Below, in pieces: positions 1 to 10,171 of a stretch of 64,000 bases of DNA. The translations under genes were made by a program, and so were the position numbers. The stretch covers positions 1 to 64,000 of IMG/VR virus record IMGVR_UViG_3300036766_000988. One strand, given 5' to 3'. The notes under the pieces were generated by a model. That model did not search any database and had not been told where the DNA came from. It was given only the letters and a program-made list of their open reading frames with translations. The stretch's first letter is position 1. Each line of letters begins with the position of its first letter.

Positions 1-1193
1 CATCCACCAAAAGGGGCAGGGATGGCGACCGTCATCGTTTCGAGAACCGGGCGATCCGAGAAGATACGCCGAGCTGCATCGAAGTCCCCAATGAGGTCTG
101 CTCCTGGCGTGTCGATGGGCCCGATCTCGACCGCGTAGAAGGGCGAGTGACCACTCACGCCTCCACCAATGATCGTTGTTTCCCAATCGGAACGAAGCGC
201 GTTGTCGAAGAGATACGTGAGATTCTTGTCGAGAAGCTCTTCGTAGCTCCACGTGCCCGATACCGAGCGTAGATCCGCGATGTCGTCCGAAACGATGACA
301 TCGTAGAAAAGGCCGTCGGGACGATCTGAAGGCCCAGGCGAGGCCACCCCACCGTTGTGGTTCGTGTCCTTCTGGAACGAAGCGGAGTTCCGTCGAAAGA
401 CAGCCATGAGCGGGATCGCGTACATGTACCCATCGACGGTCCCAAGAGCGTTCGCCGGGTTGCCATCTCCTGCACGCCAGAGACCCCCATCCCCGCTCGG
501 ACTCTGGTTCACGTAGGCGAAAGCAGTCGCCACCCCATCGGGCAAAAGGGCGGCTGCTGGCACCGAGTTCGCCACGACCGAAGGATCGTTGAGAGCGTAG
601 GGGTACGAGAAGATGTCCACACCCGAGATGACGCGAAGGCGGTACTGGATCTGAACCCGCTTTGTACTCTCGACCCCCAGAACGACATCCTTGATGTCAT
701 CGGGCAGGTTGAGAACAGCGTCATCAGCCGGGGCGATCTTGACGTTGCCGTTCAACCAGATAAGACCAGTCGGACTCTTCCCTGTCGCATCAGGAGCGGC
801 CGAGAGAAGCCGACGCCAAACTTCAAGAACGATGAGGTCTGTCCGCTTGTCCCCTGCCACGACAGGCGGAGCGGCGAGCGTCAACTCGTTGTGCCCGTTC
901 GCATTCGAGTTCGCGATGCGGATCCCCCACCCGTTGACCGAAGCCACCAAGTTCGGGAACGCCATCAGGTTCCCAGCCGAACCGGAAGTGAAGATCGCGT
1001 TGAGGTTACCAGCCGATGCAGCCAGGAAATCTGGCGAGATCCAGCCAGAGATCATCTCCCGAAGTTCAAGGTCTTGGCCGAGATTCAGTTCCTTGTCGAG
1101 AACAGGCTTACCTGCCTCGAAGACAACTGTCTCCCAGTTGCGCCCCGTGGGGTCGAGGTAGCCAGAGACCGACGGTCCGTAATTCTTGCTCAT
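1..1193 (-). CDS. Virion structural protein, baseplate/tail-associated (DUF4815/DUF6519-like N-terminus); runs off the left edge
   Basis: Not in the ORF track. Manual translation from ATG 1193 (ATGA overlap with the HNH stop) gives MSKNYGPSVSGYLDPTGRNWETVVFEAGKPVLDKELNL..., resembling the 'V.FQ.G.P.LD.ELNE' N-terminus of phage baseplate/tail proteins. Confidence 0.6.
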   Translation of the reverse strand, partial: MSKNYGPSVSGYLDPTGRNWETVVFEAGKPVLDKELNLGQDLELREMISGWISPDFLAASAGNLNAIFTSGSAGNLMAFPNLVASVNGWGIRIANSNANGHNELTLAAPPVVAGDKRTDLIVLEVWRRLLSAAPDATGKSPTGLIWLNGNVKIAPADDAVLNLPDDIKDVVLGVESTKRVQIQYRLRVISGVDIFSYPYALNDPSVVANSVPAAALLPDGVATAFAYVNQSPSGDGGLWRAGDGNPANALGTVDGYMYAIPLMAVFRRNSASFQKDTNHNGGVASPGPSDRPDGLFYDVIVSDDIADLRSVSGTWSYEELLDKNLTYLFDNALRSDWETTIIGGGVSGHSPFYAVEIGPIDTPGADLIGDFDAARRIFSDRPVLETMTVAIPAPFGG

Positions 1194-1870
1194 GCTGCCC
1201 TCTGATTCGTACGAATCTGCGTACGAAGCCGATGACAAATGCAGCAAACGAGATCGCATTTCGCAAGCTCGACCAGCACCTTGTCTCGACCCCAGGACCA
1301 CATGTCTGTGATCTGCGCCACTTTCTCACCTCGAACATGATCGAAGTCCATCGCAACCGAAGGGCGGGATCGCCCGCAATCAAGACATGGTTTCGACTTG
1401 AGGGTGTTGAGCCATGCACGAAACGTGATCACACGAGGGGTCTTCGAATCCCCCTTCCGTTCTTGTGTTCGTACCCTGTGACAAGCACAGCACACGAGAT
1501 CACACTTGGCAATCTCTTCAAGAACGGCTTCACGACGATGGTTTGACATCTTCCCAAGCGCCCAACGCTTGACTCCACGAACGTGGTCGTATTCCATGCA
1601 GAACGCGACATATGTGTCCCCGCAATCGAGACACGATTTCCCAGCTTTCGTAGAATCGATGAACGCCCGGTACTCTACCCCTCGTCGTCGCTCATCAGCG
1701 AGCAAATTGTCCCGATGTTCGGCTCGCCATAGATCTCCGGCGATTTTGTAGGTGGCTTTTTTAACCCCCCACCGCGCACGGTTCTGCGCAAGACGTGCTG
1801 CTCGAACGTCGTCGGGAAGAGCGGCGTAATCCGCCCTTCGTTGTTCGTTGATGGAGATCGCAGAGGCCAT
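1190..1870 (-). CDS. HNH endonuclease with two tandem HNH/zinc domains
   Basis: Two copies of CLDCG..M[ED][YF]DHVRG.K...AKCDLVCC.CHR.RT. Confidence 0.85.
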   Translation of the reverse strand: MASAISINEQRRADYAALPDDVRAARLAQNRARWGVKKATYKIAGDLWRAEHRDNLLADERRRGVEYRAFIDSTKAGKSCLDCGDTYVAFCMEYDHVRGVKRWALGKMSNHRREAVLEEIAKCDLVCCACHRVRTQERKGDSKTPRVITFRAWLNTLKSKPCLDCGRSRPSVAMDFDHVRGEKVAQITDMWSWGRDKVLVELAKCDLVCCICHRLRTQIRTNQRAA

Positions 1871-1872
1871 GA

Positions 1873-2520
1873 CTAAAAAGTCAATCTCCAGACGATAGTG
1901 AGAGTCGAAGTGGCAGGCTTTGAGATGACAGGGAAGGGCAAGTAGTTGACGAGCGTGTCCTTCACCGTGAGATCAACGGTAGGATCATACGGTCCGTTCG
2001 GGGGCAAGACCGGGTTACGGATGCTCATGTTCGAGGAGAGGTTCCCTCCGAGAAGTCCCATCTCATCGAGCGGCCCGACAGCTTCCGACTCGGAAAACGT
2101 CGTCGTGAAGTCCACGATGTGGGTCGGGTAAGCGACCGGGGCACCGACGCTGTTGACGAACTGGGTGTTGGCAAACGTCTTGCGGGTCAACTCCGAGTAG
2201 AGTGACCGCTGCGTGTTCGTCGCCGCTGGGGGCGCCAACGGGTTCCATCCGACATCCCCGGTCCCCACCGCAAGCGCGTAGATGCCATGCGGGGGCTCGG
2301 CGCTGTTTTTCATCAGACGAGCGATCAAGATGCTCGCGTCCAAAACAACGAGGTTTCGAAGCTCTCGTTCTTCCTGGATCTCGCCCGTTGGACCATCCCG
2401 GAGCGTGAAAAAGACGTCTCCACGGATGTAGTAGCGCCGGAAGTCTTCCTCGTTGGCCGTACGAACGGCGAAAGTCGGTGGGGCGGCGTATGGCGCACGG
2501 AAGGCTTCGCCGATTTTCAT
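1873..2520 (-). CDS. Baseplate/tail-fibre-attachment-like structural protein
   Basis: ALAVGTG...LYSELTRK...FTTTFSESEAVGPLDEMGL...ISKPATSTLTIVWRLTF pattern; GAGGAG SD 6 nt before ATG 2520 (start revised from 2730). Confidence 0.6.
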   Translation of the reverse strand: MKIGEAFRAPYAAPPTFAVRTANEEDFRRYYIRGDVFFTLRDGPTGEIQEERELRNLVVLDASILIARLMKNSAEPPHGIYALAVGTGDVGWNPLAPPAATNTQRSLYSELTRKTFANTQFVNSVGAPVAYPTHIVDFTTTFSESEAVGPLDEMGLLGGNLSSNMSIRNPVLPPNGPYDPTVDLTVKDTLVNYLPFPVISKPATSTLTIVWRLTF

Positions 2521-2563
2521 GTGCATCTCCTCTACAACCGAGGAGGCGATAAGAGAAAAACGC

Positions 2564-3862
2564 CTAGACGACCGTCGGGTTCGCCGCCACGGAAGCCCCC
2601 GCCACAAGGACCGCAGTCGGGCCCAGTATCCGATGGGCGGTAGCGCCCAAGGACGAGTTGCCACCAAGGCCCATGTGAAGGATGGTGATGGCTTCCGGCC
2701 CAGGAGGGATCGGGCCGAGATTGTTTGCACAGATGAAAATCGGGGGCGTGGTCATCCCTGTGTTGTCGAAGAGCTTCCACGCAGGGTTGTTGAGCAGAGC
2801 AACGTAAGTGTGATCCCAGACCTCTCGCATGAGGATGCTGCAACTGCCATCCACCGCTTCAGGCATCGGCTCAACCAAGGAAGTGCCCGGGAAGGTCAGC
2901 TCGAACCTGGCCTCAAAGAGCCTCGGGAAGGGCGCCCAGAGGGTGATCCCACTCTGTCCGAGGGTCATCTGGGGCCCAATCGGGCTCCACGTGTAGAAGG
3001 GAGCCGGATCAGGTGGGCTTGGCGGGCTGTAGACGTCGTACGCTGTTGTGCAGACGTCTACTTCATCGACCTGGATGACCGAGTTCGGGATTGACGCTTG
3101 AAGCGCGGGGCTGAAGAAGACCAGCCCTGCCGGGTTCCCGAAGAGCCCCCCGTGTACCTCCCCCGAAAAAACATCGAGGTCGACGTTGAAACTCGCCTCC
3201 GGCTGAACGAACTGGAAAACACTTTCCGTGGGCAGGGGCGAAAGGAGGGTTTCCGTCTGGATCGCCCCTGTGAGGATCGTCTGGTACCACGCCGTTGTCT
3301 TCATCGGTGTCCCAAGGGTCAGCAAAACCGACCGAGGGTGTACCGACTGCTCAGGAACGGCAGAGTTGATGGAGAGCGGAACCCCTTGGAGATCCGTCAC
3401 CTGATAGGAGAGAGGATCTGAAAGCGCTGCGTTCATCAACATCGGTGCAGAGAAGACACACCGGATGCGCGTGGGAGAAGTCCCCACCGAAAAGTAAGAC
3501 GGAGCCACAGGGAACCCTGTAAAGAACGCCTTGTTCAAAACAGGGCTGATGAGAATCCCATCCAGGCTTTGAGCTACCGCAACATCTACCTCGTAGATCA
3601 CAAAGGACTGAGGGGACGTCACCAACCGTACTGACTGCGTGGTCTCGATAGTGACTGAAAAAACCGTAAGCGACGGGGAGATCGTGTAGTTCCCAGGAGC
3701 AAGAGTTGCTGGGATAGAGAAGTCCACGGGATCGCTGAACGTGATCTCCACGAGACCAGGATTCAACGCCGTCGCCGAAGTAACCCCAAACGGTAAAAAG
3801 TTCGAGCCAAAAGGGCCCGTACCGAAGAAACTATTGCCGTATCCACCAGGAAGAGGCATCAC
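2564..3862 (-). CDS. Structural protein with Ig-like repeats
   Basis: 432 aa; VEITFSDPVD and IRCVFSAPML beta-sandwich repeats; lies in the structural cluster. Confidence 0.55.
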   Translation of the reverse strand: MMPLPGGYGNSFFGTGPFGSNFLPFGVTSATALNPGLVEITFSDPVDFSIPATLAPGNYTISPSLTVFSVTIETTQSVRLVTSPQSFVIYEVDVAVAQSLDGILISPVLNKAFFTGFPVAPSYFSVGTSPTRIRCVFSAPMLMNAALSDPLSYQVTDLQGVPLSINSAVPEQSVHPRSVLLTLGTPMKTTAWYQTILTGAIQTETLLSPLPTESVFQFVQPEASFNVDLDVFSGEVHGGLFGNPAGLVFFSPALQASIPNSVIQVDEVDVCTTAYDVYSPPSPPDPAPFYTWSPIGPQMTLGQSGITLWAPFPRLFEARFELTFPGTSLVEPMPEAVDGSCSILMREVWDHTYVALLNNPAWKLFDNTGMTTPPIFICANNLGPIPPGPEAITILHMGLGGNSSLGATAHRILGPTAVLVAGASVAANPTVV

Positions 3863-3868
3863 CTACTC

Positions 3869-6800
3869 CTACGAATCGATGAAGACTCGTACCATCGGGG
3901 CACCCGGCGGACGAACAATTCGGTACACATGATAGAGGCCATCGAAGAAGTCAAATGGGGTTCCCCCAACGACAACCTCGGAAGCGAGGTCGTAACAGAG
4001 AACGTACCGGATCCCCGTCGGAGCAGTCACGAACGCCAAAGCTAGCGTCATCCCAGGCGCCGAGAAGCCAAAGCGCACTTGGGAGTCCCCCATGCCGCCA
4101 GAGCCATCGGAGAGCACCTTGAGGCGGAATTTCACTTCAAGCCCAAGAGAGATGGCATCGGGAAGCGGGGTCGCGTTCCTGTAAATCGTCTTGGTGCCCG
4201 TCCCGTCCGTCCCGTAGGTCAAAATGCCTGCAAAAGCAGAGCGAGCAACGTGGGCCGGGTTATCCGCAGCAAAGACCCACGGCGTGCCCGCGGTAACATC
4301 GTTCTCGGGGAGCACAGAGCCATCGTACGTGAGACACACGTCCTTCTGGAAGTAGATCGGCCCGTAAGAGAGAGGATCCTCTTGATCGGAGAAAGGTGCG
4401 ATGAGCCCTATCTCTCCTGTGTCCCGCTCAATCACAGAGAGCTGGCTGTAAAGCACATCATCAGGAACGAGCAGCTTGACCTCGACTCCAGGCTCGTTGA
4501 GCTTGAAGCCGTTGTTGTTGAGTACCTGTGCAGGATTGTTGAGACCCCCAACGAAGATCTTGATCGGGGTGGGCTGTCGAACCTCGAACGTCTCGGTACT
4601 TGGAACAAGCGGCGTACCTTCGTTCAAAAGAGTGAACGCGACAAGATTCTGGTTCTTGAGAAAGTCGGGATCCTGATGCGGAGGAATGCCTGTAGAGGAC
4701 GACCAGAAATCCGTGTGGGCGTGCGGGATGTTCGTTGTCAAGTGCTCTGGCGACGCGATCACATTCCGCTGGTTCAGGACTTGGTGATGAGGAGCAATCC
4801 GCAATTCGGTTGGGGATCGGGTGACCCCAAAGCGAACGTAATCCCAGTACGTTTGGGAGAGATTCGTCGGATCGAAAGCACCCCAAAGAATACTTGGAAC
4901 CGTCCCTGCAATGATACGGGGAAGCCCTACTATACTTGGGGGTAGAGTCGAATTATCGTAGTCCACAACCAAGAGCGGCGCAGGATCGGCGTCTAGAAGG
5001 ACCGTGACGAAGCTTCCTGCTGGATCTTCCACGATTCGGTAACGATGTTGCTGCGTCCAGTCCGTTTCCTTGAGGATTCGGTAACTGATGCTGCTGGGCT
5101 GTTGAGGCCACAAGCCTGCGATGGTGAGGGTGTGGGCCGCGGGAGGAGCTGCGATTTCGTACGTGCCCTTGTTCGGTCCCGCATCGACCACCAGCAGGTC
5201 TCCAGCGACAACCCCTGCCGTGATGAAGTTCACGTTCCCATCCGCAAGGGCGTTGCCCACGATGAGAGCTTGGGTGCCTGTCGTCTTCGTCGGCAGATGG
5301 TAGCCCGTGAAGCTGTCGGGGTCGTAGCCCCGCCAGATGCCACAATAATGTCTTGTCGCCGACCCAACCCGCCACGTGTTGCAGTAGGTCCAGTCGACAT
5401 TCGAGATGGCTTGAGATCCTGGAATCGAAGAACCGAAGGAGACATACCCCACGGGGCTCGCAGGAGGGGTCGCGAAGCCTGCGTATGGTTCAACAGCGAT
5501 GAACACCCCATCGATGAAGAGAGACACCAGACCCGCACCCGAGGCGTAGACCAACCGATAGGTATGGGGCTGCCCGTCTCTCCACTCGAAGGGGAGAGTT
5601 GCCACAACCGTCACTACCCCAAAGGCATCAATGCCGAAAAGGACAACCGAACGAGTACCATTGTCCTTGAGGTAGAAACCCAGGGTCTTGGTTGAGTCAT
5701 AGACCTGCGCTACCGCGCCCGTAAAGCCCGTGACAACATCCGCCGTGTAGCTCGTTGGCTGAAGACGAGCCTCCAAGATGTAGTCGTTGAGAGAACTGAG
5801 AATACGTCCTGGAGAAAGAATCGGAGCGTTGTCATCGAAGATGTAGAGCAGCCCATCCGTCGCAGCCGTGTTCGTCACACGAAGCGTTCGACCGAACATC
5901 TGAGCTGTGGGGGTTCCGGCTGTGATCTCGATCCACGGGATGGGAAGACTCGTCGGAAGAGCGTCACCACCGTAGGAAATCTTGGGCGCCGCTTGGTCGG
6001 CCAGGAACGAAAACTGGACGAGCCGGTCTCCATCATCGATTATCGCCGTGATAGCGTTTGGCGTAACCCCGTGTGTCCACGTGCGAACCGCCACGTCGAT
6101 ATCGAGCACAACTTCGGCATCCGTCGCAAGAAGCGGTTCCAGCCGCAGGAAGCCTCGGAAATCTCCTCCCACATAGGTTGTCGAAGAAGCGACGGCGCTC
6201 GTCGAATCGAGCAAGAGGAAGTCACTGCTGAGGATCGTCTCCGTCCCGTGATACCCAATGGGCGTCCACGGGTTCTGAGCCACCTCTGGCGTGACGTTAC
6301 CCTCGTACGAAACGAAGATGCTTGGTGCTGTCTGTAGAGGGTTGAGGGGCAGAACGGTGTACCGCACGTAGTCCCAAATGGTCGTGCTCGTAGCCGTCCG
6401 CGAAAGATTCCCAAAGTAGGTACCCTGCAAGCTGTTGAACGGAGTGTCGAGTTCTTCGAGATACGGTAGCTCGTCTTGGGTGACGCGCATGTTCTCGACG
6501 ATCTCTCCGTTGAGGAAGAGCTTCAAGATCCCCTGGGGGTCTTGGTAAATTCGGAAGCTATTTCGGATTGTCCAGTCGAGCGCGATGGGGGCATTCGTTG
6601 GATTGTTGTTCGAGTCGAGACCCCCCGTCCAAGCGGTGATAAGAGATGGATCGTTGCCAAAGCCCTTTTTCAAGAACCCGATCTTGGCCACCCCTCCATC
6701 GAGGAGATACCCAACAACGACCGCTTTCTGGTCATCCGAATAACCGTACGCGACGCCCGTGAAAACGCCTTGAGTCATTGGGGTTGCGGTGATGATGTTC

Positions 6801-9565
6801 CGCCAAGTGGCCGCAAAAACATGGGGGAAAGTCTGGTCGACGTCCCGGTTCCAGTAGATGAAGTTGCCGACTGGCGTGGATGTCGCTGTAACAGTCAGCT
6901 CATCCGCAACAACCGAGACGGTTCCAGTCCCCACCCGGTTCCACGGGGAAACCGAATCGTTTTCGGGTAGCCCCGTAGGTTCGTAGTTGATGAAGCTCGA
7001 TACAACCGTCCGTTGAAGAAGGGGGTAGGCGATACGGTTCGCCGGAGCGTTGAGACGAAGCGTATTGGGGTCGTTCAAGACCGCTGTGTAGGCCCGCTCG
7101 TAAGCGCGGTACTTCAGATCCCTCAAGAGAGGCTGAGGGAGCATCGCCTGGATGTCCGACGAATCCCCAATCGTCCATGGAACGGGCGTAGCCGACTCAA
7201 CTAGATGGCCTGCAACGTCCACATGGTGAGCGTCAGGTACCGCCACGATGTCGTAGATCCCAGCATTCAGACCAGAAAGAATTGCAATGCTAAGACCCGT
7301 GTAGTCGGCGAGAACATACCCGTCGTTGAGCTGGATGCGGGAAGTGGCAAACGTAATCCCCTTTGTGAAGGTCAGGTTTGCTTGAACACTAGAAGTGCTG
7401 TGAAGAGAGGCTTCCCCTACCTTCGTGAGGTACGCTGAAATATAGGAGTTGCCATGCAGCTCTGCACGGAGTGAAGGTACTGTCGCGTTCGTTCCTTGTT
7501 GGAACGGCGTCGGGCTCGTAAAGTTTGTCGGGACTGGGAGGACGTTGTTGTAACGATACTTGTGCCCCGAAGAGTCGTGTAGACGCCCAAGGTCCCGATT
7601 CCAGTTGTTGAGGCGGAACTCTTTCGAGTTAATGCGGCGAATCTCAACGGTCGGGTTTCGTACCCAATCGTAGTCCACCTTTACATCATCCGTCGAAAGG
7701 ATCGGGTTGGGCATGACGATCTGCCCGAGCAACCCAATGACCGCCGAGGGTCTTGTCGGCACTCCATTGATGCGAACCGTCACGTGCGCTGGGTCGTCAG
7801 CAATCTCTCCGTCTCTGGGGTCGAAGACTGCCCACGAAGCCAGAAGCTGACCCGCATCAGGAAGCGAGAAGCTTGCCTTCACGCGGAGCTTGTTGTTCGC
7901 GAGAACCCCGAGAATCCTGAACGTCCCATCGTTCCTCGCCGTACCACCAAGGGTGATATAGAGACCGATGAGGTTCGGGCCGAAGGCACCTCCCGTCAGG
8001 GTCAAGGTATCGGGAGCCAAGAAGGCCATCCCAAGCCCAGCTTGAAGTGTCAGGGGTGGACGGGCAATCGGCCCCTTGTTGACGAAGATACTCTGGGTTG
8101 TGATAGGGGCTGATCCGGTGAAAATAGCTGCGTTAAAGATCGGGTCAATTGGATTACCCGAAGAGTCGTGCGGCGTACCCGAAGCGTTCACCGTGAGGGT
8201 ATAGCTACCAGCCTGCATGCCATGCGTTTGGATAGCAACAGACGTTGGCGAAACTGTCTCGACCCCCAAGATTGTAACGGTTGTGGGTCCCGTGATCGCG
8301 TACTCGGCGGGACTCGTCAAGAACGAGTCGTCCAACATGGGATCCGAGAAAGTCACAAGGATCTGCCCCTCCGTGAGTCCTTGGACTGAGGTGACTTGAG
8401 GACGAGAAGCCGAAGCCACAATAACAGTGACCGACGAGTACAGTTCTCTTGTGGCCGCAACCATCAACCCACTAAGAGTGAGAATATACGAAGCGGTATC
8501 GGTAAACTTCGTCGTCCGAAGTCGGATCTCCAAAACTGGGGTCGTCCATAGCCACGGGATCGACCCGTTCATGGGATCCGTCTCAATGAGAGGCTTGTCC
8601 ACCGTGACCGTCGTCGAGTTCACAACAGTGACAACACGCAGAAAGTTGGTCGTGTTGTAGGCGCTACTCAAATAGAAATGGGTACCCACATCGGCGGGGA
8701 TGAAACTGGCTGTAGCGATGTGGATAGTATGGGGATCCAGAAGCTCTGCGTTTGTACCCGTCCCCTTGGTAGCAAACAAAGGGGTGACCCCCAGAATAGT
8801 CACAGGAAAAGCGTTCGGCGCCCCTAGAACAGGTCCCGCTGGAACCAACCCATAGTTCGAGAGGTCCATAACCCCATCAAGGCACAGTTCCAACGTCGGA
8901 GTGATCTTCAACTCCGTGTTGTGAGCGAAGATGCCTCCCGTCCCAACTGAGAGAGCTTCATCCCAAGTCACCCCATCAAAAACATGAAGCAATGCTTCTA
9001 CATGGCGCGTAGAACTATCAGAGATGGGGATCGTCTCCGATGGGAACACGTTCCGGTGCATGTGCCCAGGATCAAACGCATCGCTGACCGTAACCGTATC
9101 AACGACTGCGAGCAGCCCCACCTCATGAAGCGTGATGGGGGTGTCGCTCACCGCTACCGTGTCGGCAGTAGGAACAACAAAGTCCGTTCGGGCTCGGAAG
9201 GTAGGTGTAAACACCCCTGCGACGCCTGCGAGATCCATGACCGAGATCGAAACCGCATTGGGCCCACCCACCCAAGCAGGGTGGGTGCTGATCACAACGT
9301 CGAGCTGCTGGCCGTTGAAGGTGATGGAGCCGCCGTAGCCTGGCAGGAAGCCACCACCAGCGATGACATAGTTCAGACCCACGATCACCGACAAGGACCA
9401 CGGATCGAACTCAGCAGGATCCGTGATCGTGAAACTCACGGTTGCAGCAGGGTCAACACCTACGGATCCATTGGCAGGGGAAATGGAGACAAACGTAGAC
9501 CCAGTGGTGTCGAAAGACGTGCCACCGAAAGGTCCCTGTCCGTACGTGCCCTGCCCTGATGTCAT
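3869..9565 (-). CDS. Large virion protein (1898 aa) with Ig-like and lectin-like beta domains
   Basis: Long T/G/V-rich ORF; SISPANGSVGV and ILVTFSDPML Ig-like starts; repeated DW...H.YR[IL]V segments. Confidence 0.65.
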   Translation of the reverse strand: MTSGQGTYGQGPFGGTSFDTTGSTFVSISPANGSVGVDPAATVSFTITDPAEFDPWSLSVIVGLNYVIAGGGFLPGYGGSITFNGQQLDVVISTHPAWVGGPNAVSISVMDLAGVAGVFTPTFRARTDFVVPTADTVAVSDTPITLHEVGLLAVVDTVTVSDAFDPGHMHRNVFPSETIPISDSSTRHVEALLHVFDGVTWDEALSVGTGGIFAHNTELKITPTLELCLDGVMDLSNYGLVPAGPVLGAPNAFPVTILGVTPLFATKGTGTNAELLDPHTIHIATASFIPADVGTHFYLSSAYNTTNFLRVVTVVNSTTVTVDKPLIETDPMNGSIPWLWTTPVLEIRLRTTKFTDTASYILTLSGLMVAATRELYSSVTVIVASASRPQVTSVQGLTEGQILVTFSDPMLDDSFLTSPAEYAITGPTTVTILGVETVSPTSVAIQTHGMQAGSYTLTVNASGTPHDSSGNPIDPIFNAAIFTGSAPITTQSIFVNKGPIARPPLTLQAGLGMAFLAPDTLTLTGGAFGPNLIGLYITLGGTARNDGTFRILGVLANNKLRVKASFSLPDAGQLLASWAVFDPRDGEIADDPAHVTVRINGVPTRPSAVIGLLGQIVMPNPILSTDDVKVDYDWVRNPTVEIRRINSKEFRLNNWNRDLGRLHDSSGHKYRYNNVLPVPTNFTSPTPFQQGTNATVPSLRAELHGNSYISAYLTKVGEASLHSTSSVQANLTFTKGITFATSRIQLNDGYVLADYTGLSIAILSGLNAGIYDIVAVPDAHHVDVAGHLVESATPVPWTIGDSSDIQAMLPQPLLRDLKYRAYERAYTAVLNDPNTLRLNAPANRIAYPLLQRTVVSSFINYEPTGLPENDSVSPWNRVGTGTVSVVADELTVTATSTPVGNFIYWNRDVDQTFPHVFAATWRNIITATPMTQGVFTGVAYGYSDDQKAVVVGYLLDGGVAKIGFLKKGFGNDPSLITAWTGGLDSNNNPTNAPIALDWTIRNSFRIYQDPQGILKLFLNGEIVENMRVTQDELPYLEELDTPFNSLQGTYFGNLSRTATSTTIWDYVRYTVLPLNPLQTAPSIFVSYEGNVTPEVAQNPWTPIGYHGTETILSSDFLLLDSTSAVASSTTYVGGDFRGFLRLEPLLATDAEVVLDIDVAVRTWTHGVTPNAITAIIDDGDRLVQFSFLADQAAPKISYGGDALPTSLPIPWIEITAGTPTAQMFGRTLRVTNTAATDGLLYIFDDNAPILSPGRILSSLNDYILEARLQPTSYTADVVTGFTGAVAQVYDSTKTLGFYLKDNGTRSVVLFGIDAFGVVTVVATLPFEWRDGQPHTYRLVYASGAGLVSLFIDGVFIAVEPYAGFATPPASPVGYVSFGSSIPGSQAISNVDWTYCNTWRVGSATRHYCGIWRGYDPDSFTGYHLPTKTTGTQALIVGNALADGNVNFITAGVVAGDLLVVDAGPNKGTYEIAAPPAAHTLTIAGLWPQQPSSISYRILKETDWTQQHRYRIVEDPAGSFVTVLLDADPAPLLVVDYDNSTLPPSIVGLPRIIAGTVPSILWGAFDPTNLSQTYWDYVRFGVTRSPTELRIAPHHQVLNQRNVIASPEHLTTNIPHAHTDFWSSSTGIPPHQDPDFLKNQNLVAFTLLNEGTPLVPSTETFEVRQPTPIKIFVGGLNNPAQVLNNNGFKLNEPGVEVKLLVPDDVLYSQLSVIERDTGEIGLIAPFSDQEDPLSYGPIYFQKDVCLTYDGSVLPENDVTAGTPWVFAADNPAHVARSAFAGILTYGTDGTGTKTIYRNATPLPDAISLGLEVKFRLKVLSDGSGGMGDSQVRFGFSAPGMTLALAFVTAPTGIRYVLCYDLASEVVVGGTPFDFFDGLYHVYRIVRPPGAPMVRVFIDS

Positions 9566-9591
9566 CTAGATCTGGATCCTAGAGTAGACCT

Positions 9592-10164
9592 TTACCGTGA
9601 AATGAAGCTGAGCAGCGTCAGTTCAACCAAAGGGCCCCCGTTGGGCATGATCCCCCCGAAGCTCCCCACCGAAAGAGGAGTGCTAGTAGTGGTCCACTCG
9701 ACGTACGCAAGCGGCCCTGGCCCAGAATCTCGGGCGCGAAGCTTGTAGGTCGTCACGATGACGGTACCCCCACCCCCGTAAGGAGTGATCGAGCCGAGGG
9801 TGCTGTTGATGTATGTTGTCCCGTGATTCGGAGTCTCCGGCGTGGATGCACCAAGAGTAAACCCAACAGACTTCGCTCGATAAGGAGTAACCGAGAGGTC
9901 ATGAGCACCGCGAGCGCCTAGATTCGTATTGATATATGTCGTCCCCTGATTGGGAGTCTCAGGAGAAGCCACATTCAGTGAAGAAAGTAGACTCTGCTTC
10001 GCACGAGACACCGAAGACGAGAAGTCCACTGGGAAGCCAGGTCCCGAAGCGGAACTGTAGTAGGAGATGCCGCTCGTCTCCACAGGGGACAGCGTACTCG
10101 ACTGTCCGATGGGAGTGATCGCGGAAGTAAGTCCGCGTCGCTGGGATGCACCACCGTCAGCCAT
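9592..10164 (-). CDS. Small structural protein with an internal duplication
   Basis: ASPETPNQGTTYINTNLG and ASTPETPNHGTTYINSTLG repeat. Confidence 0.55.
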   Translation of the reverse strand: MADGGASQRRGLTSAITPIGQSSTLSPVETSGISYYSSASGPGFPVDFSSSVSRAKQSLLSSLNVASPETPNQGTTYINTNLGARGAHDLSVTPYRAKSVGFTLGASTPETPNHGTTYINSTLGSITPYGGGGTVIVTTYKLRARDSGPGPLAYVEWTTTSTPLSVGSFGGIMPNGGPLVELTLLSFISR

Positions 10165-10171
10165 AGGTCAC

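Noticed and set aside
357-1205. 282-aa plus-strand ORF
   Set aside because: Shadow of the minus-strand structural gene that runs off the window
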